Assembly: GCA_051294905.1 (NCBI GenBank)
Contig: CM119371.1
Span: 29,080,001 to 29,144,000, forward strand
Direction: 5' to 3'
DNA: 64,000 nt
DNA from: Botryllus schlosseri
Taxonomy: Eukaryota
Part shown: positions 1 through 13,050 of the stretch, piece after piece
How the letters are laid out: the number at the start of each line of letters is the position of its first letter
Numbering within the stretch: position 1 is the stretch's first letter
Program-made: the position numbers and the translations under genes
Notes under the pieces: model-generated
Database searches by the model: none
What the model saw: only the letters and a program-made list of their open reading frames with translations
What the model was told of the DNA's origin: nothing

Positions 1-1034
1 TATCACAACTTGCACAAGTCATAAATCGATTTAGGCTTGATTATATCACTACATCTTGCAAACTTGAATAATTCATCCTGACTGTATGACCGATCGTTTA
101 TTCAGCTGTAAAGCTCGTTACTATTTTGTAAAACAAGCTCGTTACTATTTTGTTGTAAAACAAAGTATTTACTATTCGGTGCATATACGACTTGACATAA
201 ACCTATTATATTTTGAGTATACGAGATTTGATTACTCGTCCGATCAGGGACTAAGAATTAAATTACCACAAGTGAATCCGAATATTACACCGTAAAAATA
301 TTTTGAATGTCAGCAACTATTTACGACATAGTTATTACCACATTAGTTATTACCACATTAACTAAATTATCAGCTACCCCGTCATGTTCATTTTCGAAAT
401 CAACGCAAACATATTCACTGACTTGAGTTAACCACAAAAAAGCATCAATTTTTAAATTCTGCTTGTAGCTGTTGGATTATTCGCATTCATCGATAGAGAA
501 TATTACTGAACTCGTAAGTATGCTATTTGAGCGAACTTTCGTTTTATTCCAACCGCAAAAAATAACGTCTAATCGTAAGACCACATTTTTTGACGATAAC
601 ACACATACAGTAAAACATTATCGTGGTTTTGTAAACTGGTCATGCTAATCAACGCATTTGTCAATATTAAAATATAAGTCATCAGACCCTTTTGTTTAAA
701 GCATCATTTCAAATAGATTTGTTGTTGTCTATGTCATTCATACAAAATTACATTTCTGCGAGACCGAGGTAAAGTATTTTTTATTTGGATAAAACAAATC
801 ATTCATCTTCGACTTCATCACGAATGCGTTGTAATGAAGTTACGAAAAAGTTGCACAGCAAACTTTTTGAAAACATTGTTATTACCATCTCCGTTTGTGA
901 ATCTATCTAACACAATCGCGAGTCGATGTTTCCAAGTACACCGCCGTGTTTTAAACTAGCTAGAGTTGTCAATTTTAAAATTACGTATGTGTTTGAATTT
1001 CATAATGAAATATTAGGATTTACCAAAAAATGTA

Positions 1035-1135
1035 AACAAAAAAGACTTCGTTTTTTAGATATCATCAATTACTTGGCGCCTGGTTTTTCCTATGCTAAAT
1101 ATCTGAAAGCGTTCAAATGTGGTGGTACAAAAGTA
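1035..1135 (+). pseudogene. Short fragment of a Polinton/Maverick-type family B DNA polymerase
   Basis: Translates RLRFLDIINYLAPGFSYAKYLKAFKCGGTK, resembling the FLDxxNYLAPGxSYxxxLKA segment of invertebrate protein-primed PolB; isolated and truncated. Confidence 0.55.
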
Positions 1136-2029
1136 GCTTAGATCTCTGAATGAGCTTATAGCTTGAGGTACTGTGTATCTGAGCTCTATGATCCATAAAA
1201 TTCCCTGGAAGGTCGGCTAATAATTCGATTACTGGTCACAACACATGAGATGTGATGATTAAATATCAGTTCTGACGCATCGGTTCGCAACCCGAGTCCA
1301 GTGATACACAGCAGGTCTGGAAGCAGTCAAGTAACAATATTATTGAACTTCGAGCATTTTTCGCGCCGCGCGCTGCTAGTACCCACGCAATAGTTTGTCA
1401 AACAAATGTGATCCTTTGGTGGAAAAGGCTGGTCGCCTGGTTTAGAACAATAGTTACATATCACGAAAAATTACATACCGCCAATATTGCCACTGGTACT
1501 CTACCGATATTCATTGGCCGTCTCGATTTTCAAACGAACAAAATCTATCACTCGAGGTAGTGTGTCTTAATACTCAAATACTTCAACGCAGAACTAGTAC
1601 TTAACATCAAAGTCACGACTAGAATTGTTTGCTCAGTGTCAAGTCCCCATATCGAAGCATACATTTGAACAGTACAATCCAGTCCGATTAAAACCACGAA
1701 TCTATTTTCATTTTTTGTCATATAACGCAGCATGAAGAAAAACAAATTTCCTTACCCCGACGTCAAAAAACGTAATTGTAATCACTCAATTTTCATCAAA
1801 CACACAAGTCAATGCAAGTATTTACCTTCTATAACATCGTGATTTAGCTGTACATGTAGTTAAGAAAATCTGTTTATCAATGTGTATCAAAATCATCGTC
1901 TATGTACGGTGTTACTGTGCGTTTCGTCCTTGTGGACCTGTATCAAATTGGACTCGATATGACTGAGCGCACGGCGTCATTTTAATCGAGCACTCGCGCA
2001 ATTACAAGGTAATACAAGCAGCACACGGG

Positions 2030-2555
2030 ATTTTCCCGATGCTAGGTGTCTCAAGAAAAGATTCATCGATACTGATACGACTTCAGACAGGGCATTGTAA
2101 ACTGAACGCCTATTTACATCGCTTGGGTCGTCATGACGATGGTCTTTGTGCGACATGTGGCGTATCTGAAACGGTGGAGCGCTTTTGCTTCAATGCACGT
2201 GCAGCGAAGTTATTTATTGGGCATAGCAGAACTGAACCACGTACCTATTGATATTGTAGCTCTACTCGGCAACCCTTGCACCAGGAGTTCTCAACTTCCC
2301 TTGTATGACGGGCCGCATTTAAACAGCAAAAGACGCTGCGGGCCACAGAACATTATTATCATGTATTTGTGGGCTTCTATTAAAATTGCGTTACTGTAAC
2401 CTCAGTCGTATTGATGCATTCTAAAGCATTAATGGGCAGCGTTCGTGAGTTTGCAGTTGCTATGAGAATATGTATCCGCTAGCGGCGCAAATTAATCCCT
2501 TCATAGAAGGTGCATTGCATTAGCTGCCAAATCGGTATATGCACCTTCAAACTCT
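2030..2555 (+). mobile_element. 3' end of a non-LTR retrotransposon (I/Nimb/R1-group-like C-terminal zinc knuckle plus 3' UTR)
   Basis: ORF 2039: SRKDSSILIRLQTGHCKLNAYLHRLGRHDDGLCATCGVSETVERF matches the RLxTGH..LN..L.R...C..CG..ET.EH pattern; 5'-truncated and frameshifted; right boundary approximate. Confidence 0.65.
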
Positions 2556-3463
2556 GACGCATTGAAACCACCAGAGAACCGAACGCATTGAAACCACCAG
2601 AGAACCGAACTGTGTTTCAATGCGTGAGGGCGTAAGTATAAAATTACGGTCACAGAGGCCATTATCACTTTGAGCTCTCAGTGACATGAGGAGAAGTGGG
2701 GCGTTCGGGGTCATTTCTGAGCAAGCCAATCAATCCTTCTCCTTCTCCTTTCCTTCCATGGCTGGAACCCTGCACCAATATAGTTACAGAAGTCAGCATT
2801 GTCGAGTTGATGTTTTTCGCTAGTCCCCTCCCCACGTTTGCCCTGCAAGCATATCCACTACAAATATGTCCACTCTTATAAAATGCACCCAGATAATTGA
2901 GCTATGTAATGTGGCCTATGTGAAGTCGGTGGATTCGTCCAATGCTAGGCTCAAGTAGTCTACGCGGCAACACCAGGACATGCGATAAAAGAACGACTGG
3001 CATTGCTGTTACTCTTCTGGTCACGGTTAATTCAGACAACTGTAGCTTCGAAATTTGCTAGGTGATGTCTTCCTTCGGATAAGCTCCGGAAGTATCACAG
3101 TAGGTTCAGAGTTCTATTGAAATGCACCTTCTCTGTCAGATTTCTTAGGTTTAGCGATATCCCAAGCAGTTTTGAACTATGCGAATGTAACGTCGTCGGC
3201 TATACTAACGATCAGGAAACGTTTTTTTCTAGGAATCAGGCGAAACGTGTGACTGCAAAAGAAACTGTCGTGGTATTATTTTAAGCTTCTACGCTAGCGA
3301 CAAATTTTCATCGACAAATGTGACACATCGGTTTTCCATTCATATCTGAGAAAGCAAATTCATTGTTTAACACATAGTTACAGACCCAGTTTTTGACGTT
3401 GAATTTCCCGTTCCTTGTTCTTGTTTCTGTTTAAACCATTCGCGATGAGTGAAATACATATAT

Positions 3464-5182
3464 CAGTGATTCCCAACCGCGGCCCCCAGCTAGCCTTCTT
3501 GCGGCCCCCACAAAAATATTGAGAAATCGATTTATGAAAAAAATTTGCTTGGCTTGGAGTCTGTAGTTTTCAATTAGGATTGCAGGAAAGTTGTGAGTAG
3601 ACTGCTAAGATTAAGTCACTGCTGTTTCAATGCAATGTTCCCTAACTTTCCAGTTGAATGGGCAGTAAACCTATAGATGTAGGTATTGAAAGGACCGTAA
3701 CTGCCGCACCCCAAGCCCCCCAATTGGAGGGAGCGAGCTCGAAGGGGGCCCAAAATTATTTAGTGAATTATCATAAATTATAGAGTATTTTATGACATTT
3801 TATGCAACCTTTTCAAAGATTTTTCGCGCCGCGCGCGATTTCAAGTTTCCAAGTACCTTAATCATTCGGTACTCTTCGACAAAGATAAAATACGCAAAGA
3901 TTTATAGAAATAGGCATATCGGCGTTGGCCATTACCGCGCCACGACGCACGAAGACATATTAAGTTTTAGGCCATGTAACATGCGATTCCAAGAAGCGTG
4001 CCAGAACGATCGGCAGCGAGAAAACCTTAGCCGAAAAGAACTGACTTTACGCTGACCGACAACTTCGTTATGTGTATTGAAAATACATATTGGTATAATT
4101 GACCATATGTGCCTAAATGACTGGCGCCGAATGTTCCTGTCTTGGCAATCTGAACGCCACGAGACAAATAGGCTACCATCCCGCAGGGAAAAATTATATG
4201 CCAGTGAAGAACTACCAATTTGAAATCGTGTGCATCTTTTAGTTTTTTAGTATGTTCTGGCGATTCTATATTTCTTGATATAGCAGACTGGAGGTCACGA
4301 AATAACAAATAACATCATGTAACGAAGTCGTACCAACGGGTTCGCCCGTCCGAATATGTTTAATTATTATTTGCGGGCCCTACAGTTTCCAAGACACCTC
4401 ACTCAGCTCTACCGGTAAATCTGATCACGTGAGCAGAGAGGACAAGTAATTGATAGCAATATATATGCAATTGCCGATCTTATTGACCTATTTGACCTAT
4501 TTTATTTTGAATTATCGAAAATTTTCGCTATGGGAGCTCAAGACCTAAGTGTTTTGGGTGGCCTAACGAAGTGCTGTTTCGTTCCTGCCAACAGGTATAC
4601 GCCCGAACATGTTTAATTATTATTGAGTGGTCCTACCTTTTCAAACACATCACTCACTGGGCTCAACACATCACTCACTCGGCACAACTCGGTCAGAGAA
4701 ATGTTTTTTTGAAGGGGGGGCTGACGAAGTGCTGTTACGGCCCTTTATTGATAACTAATTTACGGATAGATGTGCATGTGCAACAAGTGACTCACGATTG
4801 AATACGCCGAAATGCGTACTGCTTAGCCGGCAAAAAGCAGCATAATTTGTAGTCCTATAGCTCGCGACCAAAGCGTCCGTATAATATGATATGTCGGTGT
4901 TTATCGAAAGCAAATGTCGCACTGATTCCAAAAATACGAGTTGAAATCTCGCCAGGGCAATAAAACTACTCCGAAATAGCCAGCAAAGGTTGATTGTTCT
5001 GAACAACGGGAGCGCGGCAACACAATGGCCAATGGCGTCAAGCGAATGATCGGAACAATGCCAATTTTCGTATTTTGGTGACTATTTTGGGCTCCTTCCA
5101 TTGCCTTGGTATTCGTGCGGCCCCGGCCGTACTCTGAAATTCTAAATTTGGCCCTGCCACCGAAAAAGGTTGGGAACCACTG
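3464..5182. mobile_element. Non-autonomous hAT (Charlie/Buster-like) composite element
   Basis: TIRs cagtgattcccaacc / ggttgggaaccactg (14/15); flanks acatatat / ctatatat (6/8 TSD match); contains the 3690-4745 repeat. Confidence 0.6.
3690..4745 (+). mobile_element. Dispersed non-autonomous DNA transposon family with CAGGGCCGTAAC-type ends
   Basis: Starts aggaccgtaactgccgcacc and ends gttacggccct. Homologous copies at 33723-35000 (+), ~10690-11516 (-), ~20380-20653 (-), ~43146-43400 (+) and ~62690-62958 (-). Confidence 0.75.
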
Positions 5183-5869
5183 CTATATATAAAGCTGTTC
5201 TACGCAGCCAGATTCCCTTGAACCACAGTCCAGCCGAATACCGATTCAAAACAATAACAATCTAAACCCGAGCTATATATCAAGAAACCAGAACACACCA
5301 AAGAATGAGTAATCAATCGAAACAGAGACGGGGCGATAAGAGAGCTAAGTAGCTAAATTATTATGTAACAATACTGTGCTATAGTAGTAATTGCGTTCAT
5401 AATGATAGATGTCGCGGGCCGCAAAATATACGTCTGCGGGCCGCGGGTTGAGAACCACTTCCTTACACCATTGTACCAGTCATTGAATTCTGATATCACT
5501 GCATAGGTGCGGTGCAGCTTAATCTGGTTTCTAGCCGCGTCCGTGTTCCACTTGTTTTCATGGCTTAGCATTTTCGAGACTCTGTGGTTGAATTTACAAT
5601 ATTAGTGATTTGTAAGCTGGTGGATGTGATTTGTAAACTGGTGGATGCTTGTGTCGCAATAACGAAATATATATATATATCTGGGATCACCCACGCCATC
5701 TCATCCGCGTAAGCGGTGCTTTACAAAAACATTGAAGTACAACCGAATCCCTGATCCTGCAATCAGCCCGTAATACGATGTACGTCATTATCTGACCACT
5801 GCATAGGGACTGAAGGACGCAAACAACATTTCTTTATTTTTTCACACAATTCAATGATCCGCATTTCAC

Positions 5870-6536
5870 AGCGTTACACTTACATGGCTAGCCACGTGTC
5901 TTGTGAGTCCATTTTTCTCGCATAAATCTTTTCGCACCAATACAGCATTCGTAGGGCTTGATGTCAGCATGAATATTCAATGTGACTTTAATTGAGTCTT
6001 CAGATGAAAATCTTTTCCACAGATCGGGCATTTTTCGTCTTCATGGATACCCATATGTCGTCTGAGCGAGCCTTCTTGACCGAACTCTTTCGCACAAATT
6101 TCTTCACACTTATGTGGCCTGGCATTGACATGCGCATTCAGGTGGTCCTTTGAACTCTGGGACTGAGTAAATGGGGTTTTGCACATATCCAACATTCATG
6201 TTTTTTAATCCCGAAGTGAGTAGCGACGTGGTTGGTGAAGTCAATTTTCCGGGTGAACATCCTGCAGCAGATATTGCACTCGTGGTGTTTACCGGCAGAG
6301 TGAAAAGCCTCGTGCGTTGTTAGATTCTCTTTCCGGATAAATCTTTTTCCACAAATTTGACACTCATGGCCACGTGTGTGTCTCGAAAAACTACTTTTTC
6401 GGGTGAAACTATCGCCACAAATACCACAGTGGTGATTCTTTATCCCCGCCTCTATATGGATATTCAAATTAGGCCTCGAGGCGAATTCTTTTCCACATAT
6501 CCAGCATGTAAGTGGGTTCATGGTTAGGTTGCACAC
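5870..6536 (-). pseudogene. Decayed tandem C2H2 zinc-finger array
   Basis: ORFs 6138-6536 and 5977-6195 contain repeated CxxCGKxF...LxxH...H fingers (CWICGKEFASRPNLNIH, CQICGKRFIRKENLTTH, CPICGKDFHLKTQLKSH) broken by a frameshift and stops. Confidence 0.85.
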
Positions 6537-7210
6537 TAAAAAATATTTCCTGAATATGACAAAAAATGTTTTAAGCCTTTCAGTGCATTCATTGCATTAA
6601 ATATGGTACTGTATGAAACCTGGTGATCGGCGTTGCGTATGTACGTTATCAGTGCCTCGGGGTCATCGGTAACAAATTCCTTAAAGATCGAATTCAGTTT
6701 GCTTAAAACCATTTGAGTATTCGCTTCGTCCAATTGCTTCGTGCTTCTATATACGCTTCTATATACATTGTACTTTTGCAGTAACTGTGATATAATAAAA
6801 CATAATACGCCACATGTAGCATGCATACGATTAATTAATACCTCGTTCAGGTCGGAGTCGTATATCAGTTTGTGGAAGTTGGCCTTATATACACGGCCGA
6901 CCCGACGTTGTGCTCTTCTGCAATTTTATCAGCGTGCATTTTCCTCCAATGCGTGGATATGTAGGACGTCCCCACGGAAGACGAACACAGCCCGCACCAC
7001 GACCTTGCGTGCTTCTGGGTAGGTGCAGACTCGGTATCGCGGACATATCGCACAGACCTTAACAAGAAACCACCTTTACGGACGTTACCATTTCTTGCAT
7101 AATGACATATGTAAAATAACTTTAGTTGGTCCTCTGTCCATCCGTGGACGGCTGCCATATATCGGAGTCTGTGTGATTTCGTTTCCACTCCGCATATGTG
7201 TCATGTGTCA
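6536..7210 (-). pseudogene. Decayed gene with atypical C2H2 fingers followed by a helical segment (possible tyrosine-recombinase N-terminus)
   Basis: Contains RYMAAVHGWTED and WCGLCSSSVGTSYISTHWRKMH, then ALITYIRNADHQVSYSTIFNAMNALKGLKHFLSY; the finger part is duplicated at 49710-50050. Confidence 0.45.
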
Positions 7211-7928
7211 TGCCTGATCCGCTTATTAGGATGTTCTTTAACTCTGCAGGAACAAATATATCGATTGACTTATGTTTGTTGGACTTATGTTTGTTGCATC
7301 TTCGGCAGTATACTCTAGAGTCGTCTACTTTTCATTGATAAATTCACATATGATTGGTCGAACGATCTCGAAAACCATATGTATATACTACATCAAAATT
7401 GGTATTTGTATTTGTCTCATAACGTCCTTACTTGACGACGTCTACACCCTTTTCCAATTCCGTCTTGCTCGTACCTCCTTCCGCCTTCTCATTGTCTTTA
7501 CTCCTGAAATATATGAACAAACGATGCTTCAGTACTGTATGCAATATGATATGCCTTTACACGACGTCATGAGTTGCACCACATCCTTCATTTACAGTTA
7601 TCATCCTTCATTTACAGTTATAAGTTTCTTGCGTTGCATACTCGAATGTTAAGTGCAGTATCTGCCATTAGGTTGGACCTTGTCACAGAGTATGTGCTAT
7701 ACGAATGGAAGCTTCTGATCATTTCCGATATGAATACCTACCTACGTCGTGAGTTAAGATGCAACGCGAAGCAAAGTAGGCTCGCGCCTAAAAGATGTCA
7801 CTTGACATCTGGATAGAAATGTCAAACCACAAGGCACGGAAATTGTTCAATCATACTCGGAGTTCGATATACCCAATACTGCGAGCCGCTCCATATTATC
7901 ACATTAAGGAGATGCGTTTATGCAAATG

Positions 7929-7991
7929 ACATGACGTTACGGGTGGCTAACATGACGTTACGGGTGGCTAACATGACGTTACGGGTGGCTA
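7929..7991 (+). repeat. 21-bp tandem repeat, 3 copies (acatgacgttacgggtggcta)
   Basis: Read directly; two copies at the paralogous site ~51845-51886. Confidence 0.9.
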
Positions 7992-8458
7992 TGTGTCTCA
8001 ATGGCTAAAACCAAATATGTACTTACGAACGACTTCCCTCGGGCGAATGCGCGAACGATTCGTGTCTGTTTAATAAAAACGAGTGGATGAGATATGCTTT
8101 GCAACGCAGTCGCTGCTCGATAGCATTGAACTTATACGGACACGAATGTCACTTACCCACTGTCGCTTTCACACTCTGAATCCATTGAATAATATTGTGT
8201 CCGAACGAGCAACCTCTCCACATGAGTCGACTTAAACGAGTGACGATTGAGTCGCGCAACTGTTGAAGTCGTGGACGTGATTGCAATCGCTTTGTCGCCA
8301 ATAATAATACTTTCTCGGTTCGGTTGATTACAGAGCATGGAGCTATCATAACATATCGATCATTAAAACTGTCGATCGTGTCCGCTGTCCATGAGTAACT
8401 TGTTATATTACGATAAGATGTTATATTACGATAAGATGTGCTTATCTGCTTACGATAA

Positions 8459-8667
8459 GATGTTATATTACGATAAGATGTGCTACGTACGTTGACTCGT
8501 TGACAATGCAGTTCTCGATCGCAATGTCGGCTCATGTCATAAGATACTGCGACAACCATCCATTATGAAGACATGTGAGTATCTTATGACATGAGCCGAC
8601 ATTGCGATCGAGAACTGCATTGTCAACGAGTCAACGTACGTAGCACATCTTATCGTAATATAACATC
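8459..8667. repeat. Perfect 90-bp inverted repeat (foldback) with a 29-bp spacer
   Basis: 8459-8548 is the exact reverse complement of 8578-8667. Confidence 0.95.
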
Positions 8668-9117
8668 AAAGAGGCCCATGCTGATCTAAACGCCGTCGAT
8701 TTCGGAAAAGATCCGCTGGAGCTCAAAAATTACATAAAGAAGCGAAACGATGTGAAACAAATTATGGAGCTACAAAGACAAGACATTTCACCAGCGCTGT
8801 ATGCAAAACTGCAGAAGTGTCAACCAACATCAGCGTCTGTGGAGCGCTCATTTTCCTCAAGTAATTTTTTTACGCCCAAATCGTAACTTTAAAGACTCCA
8901 ACATTCCACAATACATGAAATTGTACTATCAAAGTGGTTTAAAATAAAAATGTATATGTATTACTGTTATGTTGTTCATGTTTTACTCTTCAGTTCCATA
9001 AGTGACGTTGGTTACATGTAAAAATACATGAATTTCGCATAAAGTCATATAAAGTCATATTTTCCCAAAAATAAAGTCATATAATTGATTTTTTAAGGTC
9101 ATATAAAAATGGCCCTA
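8665..9117 (+). mobile_element. Truncated hAT element (inverted copy of the 13051-13511 part)
   Basis: Encodes CQPTSASVERSFS and ends in TIR aaatggcccta at 9117. Confidence 0.9.
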
Positions 9118-10478
9118 CTGATTACGTTACTGCTACGTCTTGTGTTGTACTCTTTTATGCAGTCGCTTTTAGTCACCGTCCGAGCAGTCGCTTTTAGTCA
9201 CCGCCCGAGCCAGTCGTCTTTAGTCTCCGTCGGACGAGCATCGTCATGTTTTATGTGTTTTAATAAAAGAGCAATGCTGACTTGTCTACTTTGACTTATC
9301 GAGCCGCGGACCAAGAAGAACGCGCGCCCACGACTGAGCACGCTATATTTTGGTGAACCCGACGTGATTTCGCTATTCAACGTGATAGCCGACGTGATGT
9401 TTTTGGAAATGCAATACCGCAAGCTCGACCAGGATCAATGATAGAAAACGATGAACTCACGATATGCGAAAACGAGATTTGCACTAGCTACATAGGAATC
9501 GTTAGTTTGTTTTCATGGATGCGGGATTTCAACGACGTGGAATTCGAACCTTTCCACGCGTACTTGCTTTGCTACGACGCTTCGACCCGATGCCACTCAA
9601 CGTCTGTGTCAGTTTAATTTTGATTGAGTACGCCATACTGCTGACAGAAGGCTCCAGAACAACTCCAATCTGCATGCTGAAGACTTCACCGAGTACAACT
9701 TCCTTCATCGATTGTGGACTTGCATGTTTGCGGCACGACGACGGCATGACCGAGCTTTAGCACAGCGACCACGTACACTGAATTCTCTTCGCAACTTCAT
9801 ATATCCGATCGCCCGACACCGATATACTTGTTTTTATACGTAGATATAGATGCAGCTATACTGTATCTGTCTCGCTACGCATTCCAACTGTGGAACGAAA
9901 GATGAGTCGAACGAAACTTTACGCAACCGACGGAACCATTATTCATGATGGGACCATGAATCGAACCGAATCGAATCACCTCGACATCGACAGAAACAGT
10001 GGGAAATGCGCTCAAACGCAGATCCCCCCCCCATCACTAAATCTTGTCGAGCGACGACTTGCAAGTTGCAACTAACCTATGACCTTGATAGGCATATTCC
10101 GAATGAAAACGCTCTTCGCCTCAGTATTATGTGACAGACGCGTTCGACGTTCTGTTCTACATTACCCGCTCACGCATCCGAGAAACTACTAAACTTCTCA
10201 CCGACCTTGGCGACACGACTTGCGAAATATGGAGTGCGCAAGAGCTAATTCGTGCAACGATGACAACGTGTTGTGACAATAACGCTCGAAGTTCAATCGA
10301 AATGTAGGGATTCTCTTAATCCATTGCCAGTGTACTTGTCGAACAATTCCGCTCCGTGATGTTGATAGACGTTCCCCTAGCAATATCTGCATATTCATTC
10401 ATTTGTTCCATGTGTATTGACCGTTTTTCAGTTTACTCGAATGAATTCTTATCGTTATTTTACGCCATCAGTCACGAC

Positions 10479-12035
10479 CAATGTTCCCTCTAATTTTTCA
10501 AGAGTCTGCGCAAACACGCCAACTCACTACGCAGGCCCTCGGACAACAGTGCGCAACCACGCTCCAATAGGGTGATAAAACTAACTACTGGGGGGCTTCG
10601 CCCCCCAGACCCCCCTACGGTTCTAGACTTCATCCGGTACTTATCATGTACATTGGGTGGACATTTAGTAGGCTATAGTAGCGTCCCTTAACGCGCCAGG
10701 CGCGAAAAATTTCTATAATTCATGATTGCATCGGCCAATATGATCAGGAATTGCATATAGGCTATATTGCTATCAATTTTTATCCTCTCCCTGCTCACAT
10801 AATCAGATTTAACGGTAGAGCTGATCCAGTGAGGTGTGTTGAAAAAGATAGGCCCTCTAAGTAATAATAAAACATATTGGGGCGTACCCGTTGATATAAT
10901 GACTTCGTTACATGATGCTATATTTGGTGACCCCCTATCTGCTATGTCAAAAGATATTGAAATCGCCAAAACGTACTAAAATAAAAGACGTACACGATTT
11001 CAAATTGGTATTTCTTAACTGGATAATAATGGTCCCTCGATATGGCATTTATCTTGTTGTGGGAATCGGGTCGCCAGGACAGGAACATTCGGCGCCAGCC
11101 ATTTTGGCGCCTATGGACATGGACAATTACACATATATTTTATGTATCGAAGTTTTCGGTCAGCACCGGGGCAGTCTTTTTCGCCCAAGGTTTCCTCGCT
11201 GCTGATCGTTCTGGCGCAATTCTTGGAGTCGCATGTTACATAGCCTTTAACTTCATTTGTCGTGGCGCGTCATGGGTGCGGTAATGGCCAACGCCCAACT
11301 GCCCATTTCTATAAATCATGCCTAATTTTTGTTGGGAAAGGGTACCCAATAATCAGATATTTTACAATAATAAAACGCGCGTAGCGCAAAAAAAAATCCT
11401 GATAAATTTCCAAAAAAATACACCATGATTTATGTTAATTCTCGAAATAATTTTGGCCCCCCTTCGAGCTCGGCCCCTCCAATGGGGGGGTTTGGGGTGC
11501 GAAAGTTACGGTCCTGAGTAAATCTTACGCAATGTTCATGCCACGCGGAGAAGACTATATTATTCGTTAGTTTCTCGCAGATTAACTTCGAGCTAGCCCA
11601 TTGTTATTTATAACTTTGTTAAACCATGTTATTTTGCCATTCCCAGAAAATAATGCGCTATTGAAATGATATCAGTATCGCTCACGTGTACGAGGCCATA
11701 CTAAAAAAATCGTGTACGAGGCCATACTAAAAAAATATCTTCCGTGAGGCGCAGGTGATTGTGAACTCTCATTTCTTCACGAAGCGCAATAGTTACCTTT
11801 GCGTGACGCACTTGTACCTCGGTTTCGGACTTCAGTGATAACAATGGTCCTGGCAATGTTCCATCTTAATTTTCACGAATCTGCGCGCCTGCGTGGTCTA
11901 TTGGACAACAGTGCGCAACAACTATAAAAACAAAACATCATTTCTGATTTTTTGTGCGCAGCGTAGATTTTCTGTGCGCAGAGACCGTTTCAGCACTGCG
12001 CATTTGCGCACGTGCGCAGCTTAGAGGGAACATTG
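10479..12035. mobile_element. Non-autonomous composite hAT element inserted in the LTR element
   Basis: Perfect 15-bp TIRs caatgttccctctaa / ttagagggaacattg; perfect 8-bp TSD gtcacgac (10471-10478, 12036-12043); extra internal left end at ~11854. Confidence 0.92.
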
Positions 12036-13050
12036 GTCACGACTAGACGTTACATATCCCAAAACTGTTGTAAGATTGATCATCACATGATATTACTAAC
12101 TTCGACTTATGTTAGCGAATTATGACGTTATCTCTTACGCCCAAAAGCTTTCTCAACCAATACCTACTTGCGTACCATAGGATTAGACGACGTTTGTAGT
12201 CGCGCAATTCAAAAAAATCTCACTCGACCGTTACTCGATCAACTATACATTTTCGCCATCGAAGCTCAGTAATGTGCATGGCACTTGAGAATGTGTTGCC
12301 TCGACATATAGTGAATCCCTCTTCTAGTATTATTCACTATTCACTCCGATGGTATCGGCTACGCTAAATCCAAACGCTCGTTCTCTGGGTTGCGCAGATG
12401 CCAGATAACTTTAATTCGAATTCAAAATCACACGTCCCAAACGATTATACAATTACGCACACGTTTTTTTGAAATGATAATCACACCGTACATCACTCAA
12501 GTTTGTTGTGTCCACATCAAGTTTTGATCCGCACTGAAATGTTTTTCACAATTCGAACGAATAACTGTCTGCATGACGCCACAACCGATTGGCTTCGTTA
12601 ATATGCCAGTGGCCGTATTATTCGTATCCCTCGTCACTTGAATGATTTTGTGTTGTCACCAGTAATTAAAATGGACAATTGCCGTTACACTCCTTCACTT
12701 TTCCGTCATCACTTGTATTAGTTACGCTGAAGGCTTATTAATCTCTTCGTATGTCACGAGTGTCCGTTATTGAGCCTTTCACATTGCGAAGTGCATCTTT
12801 GTCGCTTAACTAAACGCATCATTTTGTCGTTATAGCTTTACCACAACACCCACATCACTTTAGTTCGTCGTTTAAACCATTAGAATTGTACTCGTGTTTG
12901 AATCTTAGTCTGTAATCACTACCGTGTCACGCTGGTAGAGTTCATTCGTAGTTATATCGTTGACTGATGTAGTGTCCATATTATATCCTAAAGCTTTTAC
13001 CAACCAGGGGGCCCTTGTAGCGTACCGCTCCATGAATAACCTATAATTAC

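Noticed and set aside
7929..8480. CRISPR-like array
   Set aside because: The repeats are directly adjacent with no unique spacers, there are no cas genes, and the context is eukaryotic
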